Positions 1 through 13,850 of a DNA stretch of 64,000 bases are shown piece by piece. Location of the stretch: assembly GCF_006345805.1 (NCBI RefSeq), contig NC_042999.1, forward strand, positions 167,710,001 through 167,774,000. Direction: 5' to 3'. A program made the translations under genes and the position numbers. A model generated the notes under the pieces. That model did no database searches and was not told the origin of the DNA. It worked only from the letters and a program-made list of their open reading frames with translations. Position 1 is the first letter of the stretch. Each line of letters starts with the position of its first letter. The DNA is from Octopus sinensis (taxonomy: Eukaryota).

Positions 1-546
1 ACTAGACAAGGTCCTTCGCAAACGATCAGCTATTATTTTGTAAACAATGTTTAAAACTGTTCATGTTTTCGAAAGGAGAGATCTGACTCTCAAATCTCTG
101 TGAGAGAAGGTAGGTCTCTCTATTCCACTTACAAAACTTACGCCTGGGTGTTTACAAATTTGCATTTTGTAAACAATGTTTCGAAACTGTCCATGTTTTC
201 GAAAGGAGAGATCTGACTCTTTTCAACCATATCGTCTACCAATTTTGATGTAGTTTGTTCAAACTTGATGCCAGCATTACTTAGGACTCGTGGGATCTTT
301 GAATGCTTTAAGTTCTCCAAAAATGAAAAAAAAAAAACAATCGATGAGTGGGAAAAAATCGATAAACCAATTCCTTATGGGGTTTCCCAATCAAATTGTC
401 AGCAAAATTTCAGCCAAAAGTTTACCAATTTCAACGGATTTCACTCAAATTTGACGTCGATGTTAATTAGTTTGCTTAGAAATAAAGAGCTTGATTAGCT
501 TAATAATCCTAACTTAATCCCGAGCAAAGCCGGGCTATACTACTAG
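1..546 (+). mobile_element. 3' part of a non-autonomous Helitron-like element
   Basis: Ends in the hairpin CCCGAGCAAAGCCGGG (519-534), then CTAG (543-546) followed by T. The same terminus appears in reverse at 20660 and 42290. There is an internal ~55-bp direct repeat (about 36-91 and 166-219). Confidence 0.55.
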
Positions 547-559
547 TCCGACATAAACT

Positions 560-2295
560 ATGGCAAGGCACGACGGCGAAGCGGTAGTATATGACGGAGG
601 CGATGTATGCATTTGCCACCTCTGCCCGACCTCAAAGATAACTTTTTTCAGCCCATTTCTGGGTGAGATTGGCGACTCTGCTTGTCACCTCGTCCCATTT
701 TTTCTTCTCTTAAGGATCCGGATCAAACCAGACTCCGAGCAATTTAACCGGTCCCTCCGTCCAGCACCCCGATCTACAAACCCACTGACTTTCTTGATTA
801 ATTTTGGCACCTGTCACCGTCTCGTATTCTTTTAGACCAGTACCAACTATGGCAGTAATGTCGTCCGCCATGCCGACACAGTTCTCCGACGTCCTAGTTT
901 GCATGGAATGCCTTCCAACGACTCCAATTTCTGCAGCAGTGGCTATAGAGCCAGTACATACAGAAGAGACGAAGTGAGGCACCCATGACAGACGAGTGCA
1001 TGATGCTGAACGGTTCCGACACATAACCATTCATCCGAACTACCGAGCAGATGTTGTACACTACGGCAATCGGACCGCGAAAAACGGGACCGAAACCAGT
1101 CACCTTGAGAACGACCGCCAAGTATTGGTGGTTGACACTGTTGAAGGGTTTTGATTGATCCAAGCTGATCAGAACTGCACGCATCTGCTCGAGATCGAGT
1201 ACTAGGTGCCAATTTTTGTCCCCAAAAGACCGAATTGTGGCTTTGCAGCCATGTTACGCCTCATCAACTCGGGCTCATTGAGCGGCTTTTGTCCCCTCGT
1301 TTCTTAAAGCAGGCGCCTTGGCTCTAACAATACATCCTTCTTGCTCAGCGTTGAAGAAATGGTCCACGGATAATCTTGCCACGAGCACGTGGTTGTAATA
1401 CCTTTCCTAAGCGCCTCATTTAAGTTTCTAAGACTCCTTCTATTCTACTTCTTTCTATGCCTTGCTAAACGTTTTCGGTTCTACTCTTGTTGCCCTTTTT
1501 AAGGAAAACCATCATTTGTTGTTGACTATTAATCCCTTCAACGCCCGCTTAACTATTTCTCTAACCCGGTCTCTGTAAGCTTGTCACGCCTGGAATGACG
1601 CGTTCAGCTTCCAGTAGTTGGGTCCTACGAAGCCTACCTATATCGACCGTGCAGATCACAATCTTGTGGTGTGTGTAGCCGAAAATTTTGAAAAGTGGCA
1701 ACTTATGCTATCCTTATCTCCTGGCCTACAGCCGATTCTATCTAGATATGGCCTAAGTGACCCGATGGGGTTCGCCCATGTCCACACTGACACATTCAGG
1801 AAATTCAGGTAAAAGTCTCCCTCCCTCTTCTAATAGAAAGCCCCACTCAGTATAAACATGCGTCCAAGACAGTTTCAGTCACCCATTGACACCAAAGTTC
1901 GAGACGTTCCCAGAAAAACCTCCAGGCGTCTGAAGAAATCCGGCTGTCCTGCCCCTGTTGAAGCACAGATATCCAACATTTTGAAAGCACCCCTGTCGCT
2001 ACTGTTGACATCCAGTACCACCTACATAGTTTCTGGATACAGGAAGATGGCTCTTGTCTTGAGATGCAAACCTTTCAGGAACATTGCAGTTTCACCTACC
2101 CCATTCCCGGATTACATGGAGATAAGTAAATCTCGTATCCACCGAAAATGAGCATCAAAGCTTGTCGATTAGAAAATGTGGTCTCCTTGACAGCCACGAC
2201 ATCTATACTTAGTGAGCTGTGGTCATTGAGTAGGTCGCCTTGTTTCTAAGGCGAGCCTAGGCCACGTGCATTCATTCTGACTATTCTGAGCAAGG
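560..2295 (-). pseudogene. Decayed L1/Tx1-clade LINE ORF2 (APE endonuclease plus partial RT)
   Basis: Minus-strand fragments: RMNARGLGS..IDVVAVKET (APE N-terminus, ~2160-2290), AVLISLDQSKPFNSVNH (RT, 894-1184) and MADDITAIV..GAKINQE..WTEGPVKLLGVWF (710-1030). Many stops and frameshifts. Confidence 0.8.
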
Positions 2296-2559
2296 CGATG
2301 TTTCTGGGAGAGGAGTGTGAAGAAAATCACTTACCCTATTTCTGTGGGAAGAATTTGTGGGTGTCTGCAAAAGCCTTTCTTTGTTTATGTTCCACGGAAA
2401 TCTTCCATTCCCTTGGGATGTTTTTCTTCGGTTAGTTTGTTGTTGCGTTCTATTTTTTTATGTGAATCGGTGTATTATGCGGTGAGTAATGTATGTTTCA
2501 ATATGCTTTATTAAGTTCTTGTTGTTTGTGTCAAAAGCCGTATAACTCATGATGCTTTG

Positions 2560-3780
2560 GGAGGGTTGTGCATGTTTTTTGTCAGGATTGATATGTTTCC
2601 GTTTGTTGAGGTGTTTGTAATGTTGGTGGTGTCTGTTGTGTCGGAGATGTTGGTAATTGCGTTGGTAAAGAGAGTGTGGGTGTGTGATGGTTTGTTGCTT
2701 TCTGTGCCTCCCCCCCTCCCCTCTAATCTTTCATACTGTGTCTTCAGTCTTGTATCGCGCTTTACATTTTGTAATTTTTACCATTCTGGTAGTTTTCCTG
2801 CAAGACGAGTCTTCACACACAGAGAAATCTGTGGAAAGAGGCGGTGGAATTATGTCTGCACAGTCGTGCATTTCTAAGTTGGGGTCGACTGGTATGGGTG
2901 AGGCTTTTTTCGGTTGCGATAGTATAGGTGATGTTATTGATATTTTTTGTGTGTGTGCTGTAACAGTGCTTGCTGCTAATTTTGAATGAATCTCTCCTGC
3001 TGCTCCTTCTCTTCATGTTGTTGTTCTTTCGGATGCTGCTGCTCTTGGCACTGATGCTATTGTTGTTGTCGTAGTTGTTATTGTTGTTAGTGGTGGTGGT
3101 GGTGCTGGTGGTGGTGGTGATTCTATTGCTGTTGCTTTTGATGTTGATGTTGTTGTTGTTTTTGAGGTGTCTGCAGCGGTAGTTTTTTTCCTGTTCTTTG
3201 CATTGGGCAGAAACCTTTAAGTGGTTTGTCTCGCCACAAATGTGAAATCCCGGCTTTCTGTCCTCGACAACTACGAATAGCTGTATACCGTTAGGGAGGT
3301 TGGTTAGATCAGGAATAACTTCGATACTTAACCAATCGTCCTGTATCGATAATTCTATTCCCATGCCTGACCAAATTTCCTTTCACATTTTGCGCACTGG
3401 GATAATTGTTGTTTTAATCTCGATGCCAGTAAAAAGATGTTCACTTCTGGTGGTACCCTTGCTGCCTTTATTTTAACATATCCCCGATCGAGGTATGGCG
3501 GAATGAGCCACAGTTCTTTATTTTGCGGGTTGTTTTTGCACTTTCTTTGGCTTTTTCTTCAACTGGGAATCTCACCTCAACTGTGCTAAAGCGTTTCCCA
3601 CAGACGACATAAGTTTTTATCCCCAGACTTGTTTTAGGCACTTTTTAATCTGGGCCTTCGCTGCTCGCTCCAGTCTCCTGGCTTTTCTTGAAATATACTT
3701 GTAGATAATAGTTTGTCCTTTTTCTTTTTCTTTTCTTTCTTCCTTTTTTTTTTTTTAGTATCTTCTCGTATTACTTCGGC
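2560..3780 (-). pseudogene. Probable ORF1 remnant of the same Tx1-like LINE
   Basis: Directly upstream of ORF2 on the same strand. ORF 2813-3364 has a degenerate zinc-knuckle-like HICGETNHLK..QC followed by an N/T/S low-complexity tract. Confidence 0.5.
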
Positions 3781-4094
3781 GTGTTTAGAAATAGTATTCT
3801 GCCAATCTTTGATAAATGCGCTTTGGCGTCACCTAACGTTTTTTCTGACACGTCATCTTTCTCCAGTCGACATGCTTGTGCGAAACCGTACCCATTCGAT
3901 ATAGAAATAACAACGGCTGCTGTTTACGTTGTATTTGTGCTTGTGCATGTGGCGGCAATGATAGTGGTGGTGGTGGTGGAGGTGGCGGTGGAAGTGGGTT
4001 TGCTCTTGTTTGCACTCTCTCCGTTGTCCTTCGGCATGCTTAACGTAGGGCTACTACTGGTGATAGTAGTAGGGTGGTGGTAATGTTTAATCTG

Positions 4095-4328
4095 TAAGGC
4101 GGCGAGCTGGCAGAATCGTTAGCACGTCGGGCGAAATGCTTAGCGGTATTTCGGCTGTCGTTACGTTGTGAGTTCAAATTCCGCCGAGGTCGACTTTGCC
4201 TTTCATCCTTTCGGGGTCGATAAATTAAGTACCAGTTAAGCACTGGGGTCGATATAATCGACTTAATACCTATGTCTGTCCATGTTTGTCCCCTCTATGT
4301 TTAGCCCCTTGTGAGTAATAAAGAAATA
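4095..4328 (+). mobile_element. tRNA-derived SINE, family A, full length with 16-bp TSD
   Basis: A-box-like TGGCAGAATCGTTAGC and B-box-like GAGTTCAAATTCC. TSD GGTAATGTTTAATCTG at 4079-4094 and 4329-4344. More than 12 related copies lie in the window. Confidence 0.9.
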
Positions 4329-4494
4329 GGTAATGTTTAATCTGCTGATTCACCCTACGATAGTGTCACTTTCTAGTGGCCGGATGATATTCAGGTTGTT
4401 GGTGCCGCAGCCGTCGTTCTCTCACGTCAACTCAGTCATGGACTGGAATGGCTGAAGGAAGAGAAGGAAAATCTTCCTTCGAAAAGAAGAAGAA

Positions 4495-4745
4495 TTTTAT
4501 CGACCCAGATAGAGTGAAAGGCAAAGTAAACCTTGGTGGAATTTGAACTCAGAACCTGATGACGGACGAAATGCCGCGAAACATTTTGTCCGACGTGCAA
4601 ACGATTCTGCTAAGAATTTGGGGGGGGGTAGTATTTTATTAAATCAAGCTCAGTATTTGACAGGTAATATATTTCATTGATTACGGGTAGACGGAAGGCA
4701 AGTGGACTTTGGCAGGATCTGAACACAGAACGTGAAGTGCCAATA
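4495..4745 (-). mobile_element. Two decayed SINE-A fragments
   Basis: Reverse-complement similarity to 4095-4328. Confidence 0.6.
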
Positions 4746-5729
4746 ACGATGATGATAGGAATGATAGTAATGAAAGGGGTAACAGCATGAATTTGAAAGA
4801 AAAAAAAAAAAACAGAATATAAGAAAGAAAGAAAGAAAGAAAGAGAAGACTGTCTCCATGTGTGTCTGTGTGGAGGAAAAGGATTGATTTCATCGCTGAA
4901 AGAACAGCAGCTGAAGGAAGTTCAATCCTAGATTTAACAGCTGTTTGAAGCTTGCTAAAGAACAATTCAGGCAAGCTACGTCATACTAAAGTACTTGTTA
5001 ACTCCAAACAAAAATAAAAGAACTGCGATGAAGAAGAAAGGAGAGTTTATTTTTTTCTTGGTTTATTTTTCTCCTGCAACTATCATTGTCTGTCAATAAC
5101 CAACAGAAAACTTTCTTGAATCAGTGAGCCAACAAGAGGCTCTCTATGTGGTCATTTGATCTCCTAGAAACAGTAGCTAAATCTATCTTAAATAAATCAT
5201 GACCTACCGTTTAAGAAAAGAAAACGAGCTAAACGCGAATGTATGTACGTCGCTCAGTATACTAGAAATAGTAGTCATCTTTCATCCTCAAATCAGACAT
5301 TTTTTAAGAGAAAATAATGAGCCAATGAACAAACCCCTACGTGGTCGTATCTCCTTCAAACTACACCCTACTGTCTCAAAAAAGGGAGGGGTAACCCAGA
5401 TAATGTGGTCCTATAAAACAAAAGGATGAAACAGCATTAATTTGCTCGGTGAGAAGTGACTGGAGACTAAACGACAGCAACAAAGGATAATTTAGAAGCC
5501 ATACACAATCTAGGAAAAAAGCAGAGTGGCCACAGTAGGTAAAGTGTTTTGATAATGTATGCTAGAGCAGGGCTGATCTGGACTAAAACAAAATCTAGAA
5601 TCGACGCAAAAGCATAACTTAATTTTAGAAAATGACACTGTGAAGAAAAAAAAAAAGAACTGAATTTAATTCTTAACTCTAAATGGGATTTTGAATTAAC
5701 TCTCTAACTCAGCCCACTAGAAGATGACA

Positions 5730-8240
5730 TTCACTTTACAATGTCCACTACGCCAAGGCATCCCCAGCCCACCCTTTAACGGTTTCTGGCAGCAGATGGA
5801 GCGTCTCACAAGTGGTGTTTTCCCTATCCCCAAAAAGCTGAAAAAGATCCGTTCCAACTTGGTCAACCACAAATTGGGGCAAGCACGACGGTTATCACAG
5901 ATGCTATAAACACCTGTGCAACCTCGGCCCTCCCTAGCAAGGATAACGTCCTCCTAGACCAAGTTTGTGTTATGGCCGTCACCGTGCTCGTCACCTCGCT
6001 CCAATTTTTCTCCACCTGGAGATCTGGTCCAAACTAGATTCCGAGCAATTTAACCGGGCCCTCCGTCCAGCGCCCGATGACGCTGTTGGGAGGCATCGAC
6101 TTGCCACGCCAGATATCTAGTTGCAAGCCGACTGATTTATCCTGGTTAATTTTTGCCCCTGCCACCGCTTCGTATCCTTTGATGGCGTCTTCTACATGAG
6201 GTAGCTGCCCTTCATCAGACACGACGATGGTGACATCATCCGCATATGCCGTCGCACTTCTACCGTAACATAGATCACGCGGGTCTTCCCCCTTAGTCTC
6301 CAATCTCCACAGCAGTGGCTCAAGAACCAATACATACAGGAGCGGGGACAGGGGAGCAGCCCTGGCGAACTGAATGCTCGATAGCGAACAGGACAACTGG
6401 ATCGAAGCCTTGTATTGTAATACAAGGCTTCGATCCAGCCACGGAAAGTCGGGCCCAGTCCGACCGCCCGAAGGACCGCCGCCAGATGCCGATGGTCAAC
6501 CCTATCAAATGCCTTAGACTGGTCTAAATTCACCAGTGCCCCAGCCATGCCAGGAACCTTACCAACCCTCTCTATGGTGTAGCGAATGAGATGAAGGTTG
6601 TTATGTATCGTCCTTCCTGGGATGACACATGTCTGCGTCTCTCCCAACTGGTCGCCTACGACAATCCTCACTCTCTTGGCTAGCACCTTGGCCAAAATCT
6701 TTAACTCTGTGTTTAGCAGAGTTATGGGCCAAAAATAATTTATGTTATCCCCCTTGTTCGGGTCCTTCTTGATCAGTGTCACCACTCCTCAGTTCACAGC
6801 TTTGAGAATTCTCCCATTCTGCTGCCAATTCGCGTACACACTGGCCAGTATGTTCCCGAACAAGTCTGGCATACTTTTATAAAATTCGTAAGGTAGACCA
6901 TCCAATCCCGGTGACTTGTCCCCGGGGCACTCGGAAAGCACCTCTATGACTTCCTCAGCAGTGATCAGCTCTTCACAGCGCTCAGCGTCACGTGCCGAGA
7001 GACGCGAGCCACCGGCCAGGAAATCCAGCAGGGCATCTCCATGGTCCAGCGTCCCGCTCCTCCCGAACAACGCAGCATGGTGCTCGTGGAAGACCTTGCA
7101 CATCTCTTCCTGTCCTTGGATCTCCTGTCCATGTTCGTTTACCACAGACCTTATCGTATTGGGTTTCTACTGAGTGAGCCCACCAGGCAACGTTGGTTTC
7201 CTCGCGACCCAGTGCACGTACTTCGTGTTTGACATTGAGGTGTCGGTCCAAAGCCGATCTCGCCGCCAAAACTTGGGGTGCAGAGCCCATTCTCAGCGCC
7301 TCTTCTAACGCCTTAACTAGATCTCTTTCTACTCTAGTCTGTTCTAGACTTGACTACTTTCTAAATCTAATAGACCCAAGTCGGATGGCTTTTTTGAGGG
7401 GACACCACCACCGGTTATTTAACACAGTGCCGATTAGTGCCTTCATTACTAACTCCTTAATCTAGCTACGGTGAGTTTCGCAATCCAGTAGGAACTTGTT
7501 CACCAGATCCCTGTCTATGGACCTTATCTATATGCATCCTACATGTCACTAATTTGTGATCTGTGTAGGGTACATAGGTGAACTGTGGACAGCTAAAACT
7601 AGACTTATCTCTAGCATTAACTATTATCCTGCCTATATAAGACCCGATTGATCTGTCCTTATTACTCCAAGTCTACATTGGAATGCTCGGATTATCAAGT
7701 TTGTATCGATCTGCCAGCATAAATCGCTTCAGCAGATCGACGAGGCGTGAGTTACATCTATCGTTCGAGCCTACGCTGTCTTGGCGTCCAACCAGAACAG
7801 CGTTAAAGTCTCCTAGCAAAACTAGTGTCTTTGACGTCACAAGAAAGTTCTCCAGACGTTGATAGAACTCATTCCGTTTGCCTGTCTTGCCAGGCGCGTA
7901 AATGCCAACCTAAAGGCCTTACCTCTGAATATTAGATCCAAAACGACCGACTCGCCTTCTGGGTCCACGAAGATTGTACGTGTCTGCAGGGCCTAGTTTT
8001 TCCGGAGCAAAACTACAACGCCTCCCTTCCACCCTGTCCGACTAGGAGACATGATTTTCTCAGAGCCATTCAGGAGAGTTGAGAAGGCCTGCAGCTTGTC
8101 CAACTTGGTCTCTGTAGTAACCATAACATCAATTCTGTGTGGCCTGAGGTCGTCGAGAAAACAAGCCTGTTTCCCCTTGGAGCCCAGGCTGCGTACATTC
8201 AAGCAATCTATACATAGTGTAGGCATGTCATAAACCAAAA
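5730..8240 (-). pseudogene. L1/Tx1-clade LINE ORF2 (APE + RT), frameshifted
   Basis: CLNVRSLGS..IDVMVTTETKL (APE), SPGLDGLPYEFY, WPITLLNTELKILAK, VNLDQSKAFDRVDH, VRQGC, YADDVT, and a post-RT PLVRRSICCQKPLKGGLGMP motif. Confidence 0.9.
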
Positions 8241-8265
8241 AAGAAAGTCGAGCTTGCCTGCTCTT

Positions 8266-8620
8266 TCATCTTTCGAGGGGGGTTGTTCTCAGTCCTACTG
8301 AGACCTGTTCCCCCTCCCCCTTCCTCTCCTCAAGGTTTGGTTCTACCGGCGGGTTGAACACTTTCGGGAGTTCTTTAAGTTCTGCGATTTCTTTAGGGTT
8401 CCTTCCCTTTAGTTCCGCGTACAACTTTCGGGAAATTTTCCCGATTGTAACAGGACTTCTGCTGTCGCTGTTAACATACAATAAAGTTTGTTGGTGGGGT
8501 TTAATAACCCCTTCTGTATTTTTGTTGCTGTTTTTGAATGCCACTATAGTGGTGCCAGGATCTCCAGAGTTTGACCGCGCCAGATTTGTGGGGCGTCTCT
8601 GGAGATCTGGATTATGTTGA
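8266..8620 (-). pseudogene. Possible ORF1 C-terminal remnant of the Tx1-like LINE
   Basis: Coding-like ORF 8266-8544 immediately upstream of ORF2 on the same strand. No diagnostic motif. Confidence 0.3.
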
Positions 8621-8626
8621 TTTTGT

Positions 8627-8629
<3 letters not shown>

Positions 8630-8677
<48 letters not shown>
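8630..8677. repeat. (CT)n microsatellite
   Basis: Direct reading. Confidence 0.95.
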
Positions 8678-8678
<1 letters not shown>

Positions 8679-10144
8679 AATAAAAGAGTAGCCACGATCC
8701 ACGCGACCTCTACCTCCGGTGGGATATTCTTTATCTTTAGCTAGGACCTTCTGTGTCCCAGATATAAAGGCAATAGCATTATATATTTCCACTTTGCAAG
8801 GTTCGAGTCGAAAACTCACGAGCCTTCTCTGCTGACTCGAACCTTCAATCCTCCAGAATTACATTTGAAAAAAGACTCATACGCATCAATATCCATCCTC
8901 AAATATCAGAACAATCAGAAATGCAAAATAAAATTTTAGATATCTGGATCAAATGAAAGAGGATCAGGGTAAATGGCACATGATATGAAGTTAACAAAAC
9001 TCAACTAAATTTAAAACTCAGCCTAAAATAGTATCTATAATCTATTCAGGGTCTGCTAGAGTAATTCTCTTCTTGATATATTTACGTACCATTCAGGTAG
9101 AGAGAAGAAATTATTGAAGTTATTCATGACTCATTTTGCCCCAGTATAGACGTCATCGTTTTAAAATTGAAATTTAGCAAATTATACATTTATGTGGGAA
9201 AAATTAACTTGGGATCCAACAGAGAAAAGAATATTGGTTGTTAAACATAAAAAATTACCGATATTTTATTAGCAAATTCAATCACAATCGGGTCAAAGTC
9301 GAGAAAAATTTCCCGTAAAAAAAAACAACGTTCCTGCCCCTTAAATATGTTTCAACCTCTCAACTTCAACAACTTCTATTCTGGCCAATTTTTACTCCTA
9401 AGGATGATGCAACAGTAGAAAATGACGATGCAATACTTTCAATGTAATGGTTTGAAATATGTAAAGAGAAAATGACGAGAAATCAGGACTTACTCATTTT
9501 GCCTTACCTGTACTGAAAGATACAAGTTGGTCAGTTCAGATGATATCAGCAGGCCTGTGATGTGAGACGTTCTAGCCGTGACTATTTCATCATTTCTTAT
9601 GCCTAGAAACACATTTCCGATGTTTTTCTATTTTAAAACGATTGGACGTGATTTGAGTGAATTCCAATTCCACTGCTATTTCTAGCAGATGAAACGACTA
9701 CATAGCAATTATATTCATGACAGCAGACCATAAAGAGAATAATTTTATATAATCTAACATATTGTCTCGGGCCTTTTTTTTTTTGTTTTGCAGTATTAAA
9801 ATAACTAAGAACATCAACATGCATAATAAAATAAACATTGGAAATTATTGGGATTCTTCATAATAAATATAAAAAATAAATGAGACGTGCCCACGACAAT
9901 GCGCTTAAAACCAACGAGCTATATATGAGTCATGTTATAAGTATGGCCTACAAGAAAATTCACACACTCCCTAAGTTGAGATAAAGATTTATATAGTAAT
10001 TGACAACGACACACACAAAAAAAAAATACTCACTCACACACACAAAAAAAAACATTACTGTTGGTCCAGGCTGGACATTCACGAAGAAAACTAAAAGCAG
10101 AGTGAAAAAACTCCAGCTTTGTGTACAAACATAAGACAGTATCT

Positions 10145-10395
10145 TGTGAGTAGATTTAGCAGGCGGAAACTGAAAGAAGCTCGCGCGCGCGAGTTTGTCT
10201 TTGTTCTATGCTTATTCTCCTCCACTGCTTGACATTCGGTGTTGGCTTGTTTACGTCTCCGTAACTTAACGGTGCTGTTAAGAGATCGACAGAATAAGCA
10301 CCAGTCTTTAAAAAGTAGGAACTAGAGTCGATTTGTTCCATTAAAAACTTTGAAGGCGGTGCTCCAGCATGGCCGCAGTTAGATGACTAAAAGGT
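10145..10395 (+). mobile_element. SINE family B, 5'-truncated
   Basis: Shares GGAAACTGAAAGAAGC and GGCGGTGCTCCAGCATGGCCGCAGT with the full copies at 44016 and 58470. Confidence 0.75.
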
Positions 10396-10534
10396 ACCTG
10401 CAATTTTTGTTTTTTATATATAAGCGAATACCTAAATCTGTCCATCGCTAGAACAATATTGATATTGCCCTGATCCCTTTCTCCTCTAGACACACGGCCC
10501 AAATTTGGGGGTGGGAGGGTCCAGTCGATCAGAA

Positions 10535-10905
10535 TGACTCCAGTACGCAACTGGTACTTAATTTATCAACCTCGAAAGGATGAAAGGCAAAGTCGACCTC
10601 GGCGGAACTTGAACTCAGAGCTTAAAAACAGACGAAATACTGCTAAGCATTTCACCAGGCGTGCTAACGTTTCTTATTTCTTTATTGCCCACAAGGGGCT
10701 AAACACATAGAGGGGACAAACAAGGACAGACAAACGGATTATGTTGATTATATAATCAATCACCAGTGCGTAACTGGTACTTATTTAATCGATCCCGAAA
10801 GGATGAAAGGCAAAGTCGACCTCGGCGGAATTTGAACTCAGAACGTAGCAGCAGACGAAATACGGCTAAGCATTTCGCCCGGCGCGCTACCGTTTCTGCC
10901 AGCTC
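10535..10905 (-). mobile_element. Head-to-tail SINE-A dimer
   Basis: Two reverse SINE-A units joined at AACGTTTCT|TATTTC (~10673). Confidence 0.85.
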
Positions 10906-10907
10906 AT

Positions 10908-11026
10908 CTATTGGTCTCTTTTGCCGAACCGCTAAGTTACGGGGACGTAAACACACCAACATTGGTTGTCAAGCGATGGTGGGAGGGGGGGAGACAAATA
11001 CAGAGGCACAAACATTATATATATAT

Positions 11027-11058
<32 letters not shown>

Positions 11059-11060
11059 AC

Positions 11061-11093
<33 letters not shown>

Positions 11094-11114
11094 TATATAT
11101 ATACATATATATAA

Positions 11115-11184
<70 letters not shown>

Positions 11185-11341
11185 CGACGGGCTTCTTTCA
11201 GCTTCCGTCTACCAAATCCACTCAAAAGGCTTTGGTCAGACTGAGGCTATAGTAGAAGACACTTAACGAAGGTGCCACGCAGTGGGACTGAACCCGGAAC
11301 CATGTGGCTGGTAAGCGAAGTGCTTACCACACAGCCACGCT
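10908..11341 (-). mobile_element. SINE family B with an expanded internal (TA)n/(CA)n tract
   Basis: Reverse tRNA-like head (GTGGCTGTGTGGTAAG..GGTTCAGTCCC) near 11280-11341. Internal microsatellite at ~11013-11183. Confidence 0.85.
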
Positions 11342-12397
11342 TGCAACTGTAAATATATTTTTTTAGTTATTTTCTTTTGTTTTGTTTTTAGATGGAGAAA
11401 TTGATAGTTTATAACTATTTATATCAATTGCAAGCGTTGTTAGTTCAGTAATTATGCTTAATATTGTGTATATTGGATAATCTGAAATTTGGGGATTGTA
11501 TAGTTATGGGTTATCAATCTTTCCGCTGTTAATAGACTGAGATGCTCTCTTTATTCTTCTCTCCAGTTTTCTTTAATGTATGAAATTTTCCTTTTTCTTC
11601 TTTATACAGTCCTTCATAGTCTTAGTGCGAGGTTGTCGCCGTGAAGTGACTCCAAAGATAAAAACAATCAATCATTTTGAATCAGCTGTAGTAAATGAGT
11701 AAAAATTAGAGTTATTCAAACCCGGTGTCCGAACAAGGCCGCTACTCTCAGTCCCGAGTTCAGATTTTTGAAGAATCTTTTTCTGGTGAAGATGTAAGAA
11801 TAAAAAGTAGTCAGATTGATCCCGTTTTTTGTTGTTTTTTTTCTTTCCTATCCTTAGAGAGATAAATCTTGTGGAGTAACCACGTTGTTTATTTTTTCAT
11901 AGCGTGGCTAATAATTTCAGTTTCATTAGAAAAGGTTTACCTTACATTTTGAATTGTCCAACAGCGCTAAATGTAGTGTATTCTGGTTTTATAGATTCAT
12001 GCAACACTTTGTTATTCTTTTACTTGTTTCAATAATAGGACATTGGGGCACATTGGGGAACCACCTTGAAAGATTTAATTGAACAAATGAACCTCAGTAC
12101 CTATTTCAAGTCTGCTGCTTATTATGTGGGTTTCTTTTCGTCGAACAACTAGTTTACTTGGACATAAACAAACCAACACCCGTTGTCAATCTGTGTGGGA
12201 CAAGATGCGCACACTCATATAAATATACACACAAATACACATATGTGATCGGCTTCCACACAGTTTCCGTCAAATTCACGCACAAAGAGTTAGTCGGTCG
12301 GGGTTCGAGTAAAAATCACTTGTTCAGGTGCTGCACAACAGAACTAACAGAAAAATATTTTTGATAATAAAGGAGAACAGTCAGTAGTTCATTCCCA

Positions 12398-12726
12398 AAT
12401 TTAAACATCTCAATTTTATAACAAAAATATTATCATTTATTTTATCTTAAAACATTCAATAAAATATATATCACCAGAATATGCTGGGAGTCGGATCCCC
12501 CCTGTCTCGACCAATATCATTTCAACCAATGAAAAAAAAGCTTATGAATCCATATACTAAAAGATATGACTTATTTCCCTTCCACTTTGTCTATACATAC
12601 TGAGCCCAGCCGACGTGGGTGTTGGTTCTTGATGGGTTTGTGTTCACTGGTTTTCTCTTGTGTTCATTGTTATTTTGTTTGTGTTTTATTATTCTTGCTG
12701 TGAGTGGGAGTGGTGGTGGTGTTGAT
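12398..12726 (+). repeat. Left arm of a ~325-bp inverted duplication
   Basis: Reverse complement of 15109-15431 with only a few mismatches and one short indel. Confidence 0.92.
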
Positions 12727-12729
12727 GTA

Positions 12730-13850
12730 TTTGTTGTAGATTTAACGTTGTTTGACGTCGATGTGGGGATCGTGTTACTTTCGGTTTTGATTCTTTTCTT
12801 TCCACCACTCCTCCTGACCAGAGGTATGATTAAAAAATTCCGACTCTTACAGGGTCAAGAACATGTGTTCCCGTATGCGTTTGTTTTTGCATGTACAAGG
12901 TGAGTAGAGTACTGGGATGGGATGACCCCCCGGGAGGTGAATGTTTTGTTACACTCATTATTTACTGCCAACTCAGTCGCTATTGCTGGCCATGTTGGTT
13001 CCACCACTGGTACTGTTTCCACAGGCTCTTTTGCAGCTGTTGGCGTAGTTGTTACTATTCTTATTGCTGTTGCTATTGTTGTTATCGACATTGCATCAGT
13101 TGCATTAGTGTTTTGTTCACCTCCATTGCTTTAATTTATCGATTCCGAAAGGATGAAAGGCAAAGTCGGCTTCGGCAGAATTTGGACTCAGAACGTAAAG
13201 ACAGACGAAATACCTATTTCTTTACTGCCCACAAGGGGCTACACACAGAGGGGACAAACAAGGACAAACGGATTAAGTCGATTATATCGACCCCAATGCG
13301 TAACTGGTACTTATTTAATTGACTCCGAAAGGATGAAAGGCAAAGTTCACCTCGGCGGAATTGGAACTCAGAACGTAGCAGCAGACGAAATACCGCTAAG
13401 CATTTCGTCCGGCATGCGAACGTTTCTTATTTCTTTATTGCCCACAAGGCGGGAAAACAAGGACAGACAAAGTGATTAAGTCGATTATAACGACCCCAGT
13501 ATGTAACTGGTACTTACTTAATTGACCCCGAAAGGATGAAAGGCTAAGTCGACCTCGGCGGAATTGGAACTCAGAACGTAGCGGCAGACGAAATAGCATT
13601 AAGCATTTCGTCTGGCGTCCTAACGTTTCTGCCAGCTTGCCCCTGTTGCTCTTTTTGTTACTATTGATGCTATGGTGGTTCTTGCTTGCGTTGGTGTTCT
13701 TGTTCAAAATGTTGCCTTTACTCTTGCTACCGATATGGCGAACATTTCTATCGCTGTTAGTTTGCTCGCTTTTTTTACAAGCACTGCTCCTTACATCCGC
13801 CCTGGGTGGTCGTCAAATAAGAAAGAAGGGGAAGAGTAAGGTTCTGTAAA
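12730..13850 (-). other. Low-complexity ORF1-like remnant (T/A/N/K-rich on minus), interrupted by the SINE array
   Basis: Composition resembles 2560-3200. No diagnostic motif. Confidence 0.25.
13133..13640 (-). mobile_element. Head-to-tail SINE-A trimer
   Basis: Three reverse units with junctions at ~13214 (GAAATACC|TATTTC) and ~13426 (AACGTTTCT|TATTTC). Confidence 0.85.

Noticed and set aside
10535-13640. CRISPR-like or satellite array from the repeated SINE units
   Set aside because: The sequence is eukaryotic, the units are dispersed SINE copies, and there are no unique spacers.
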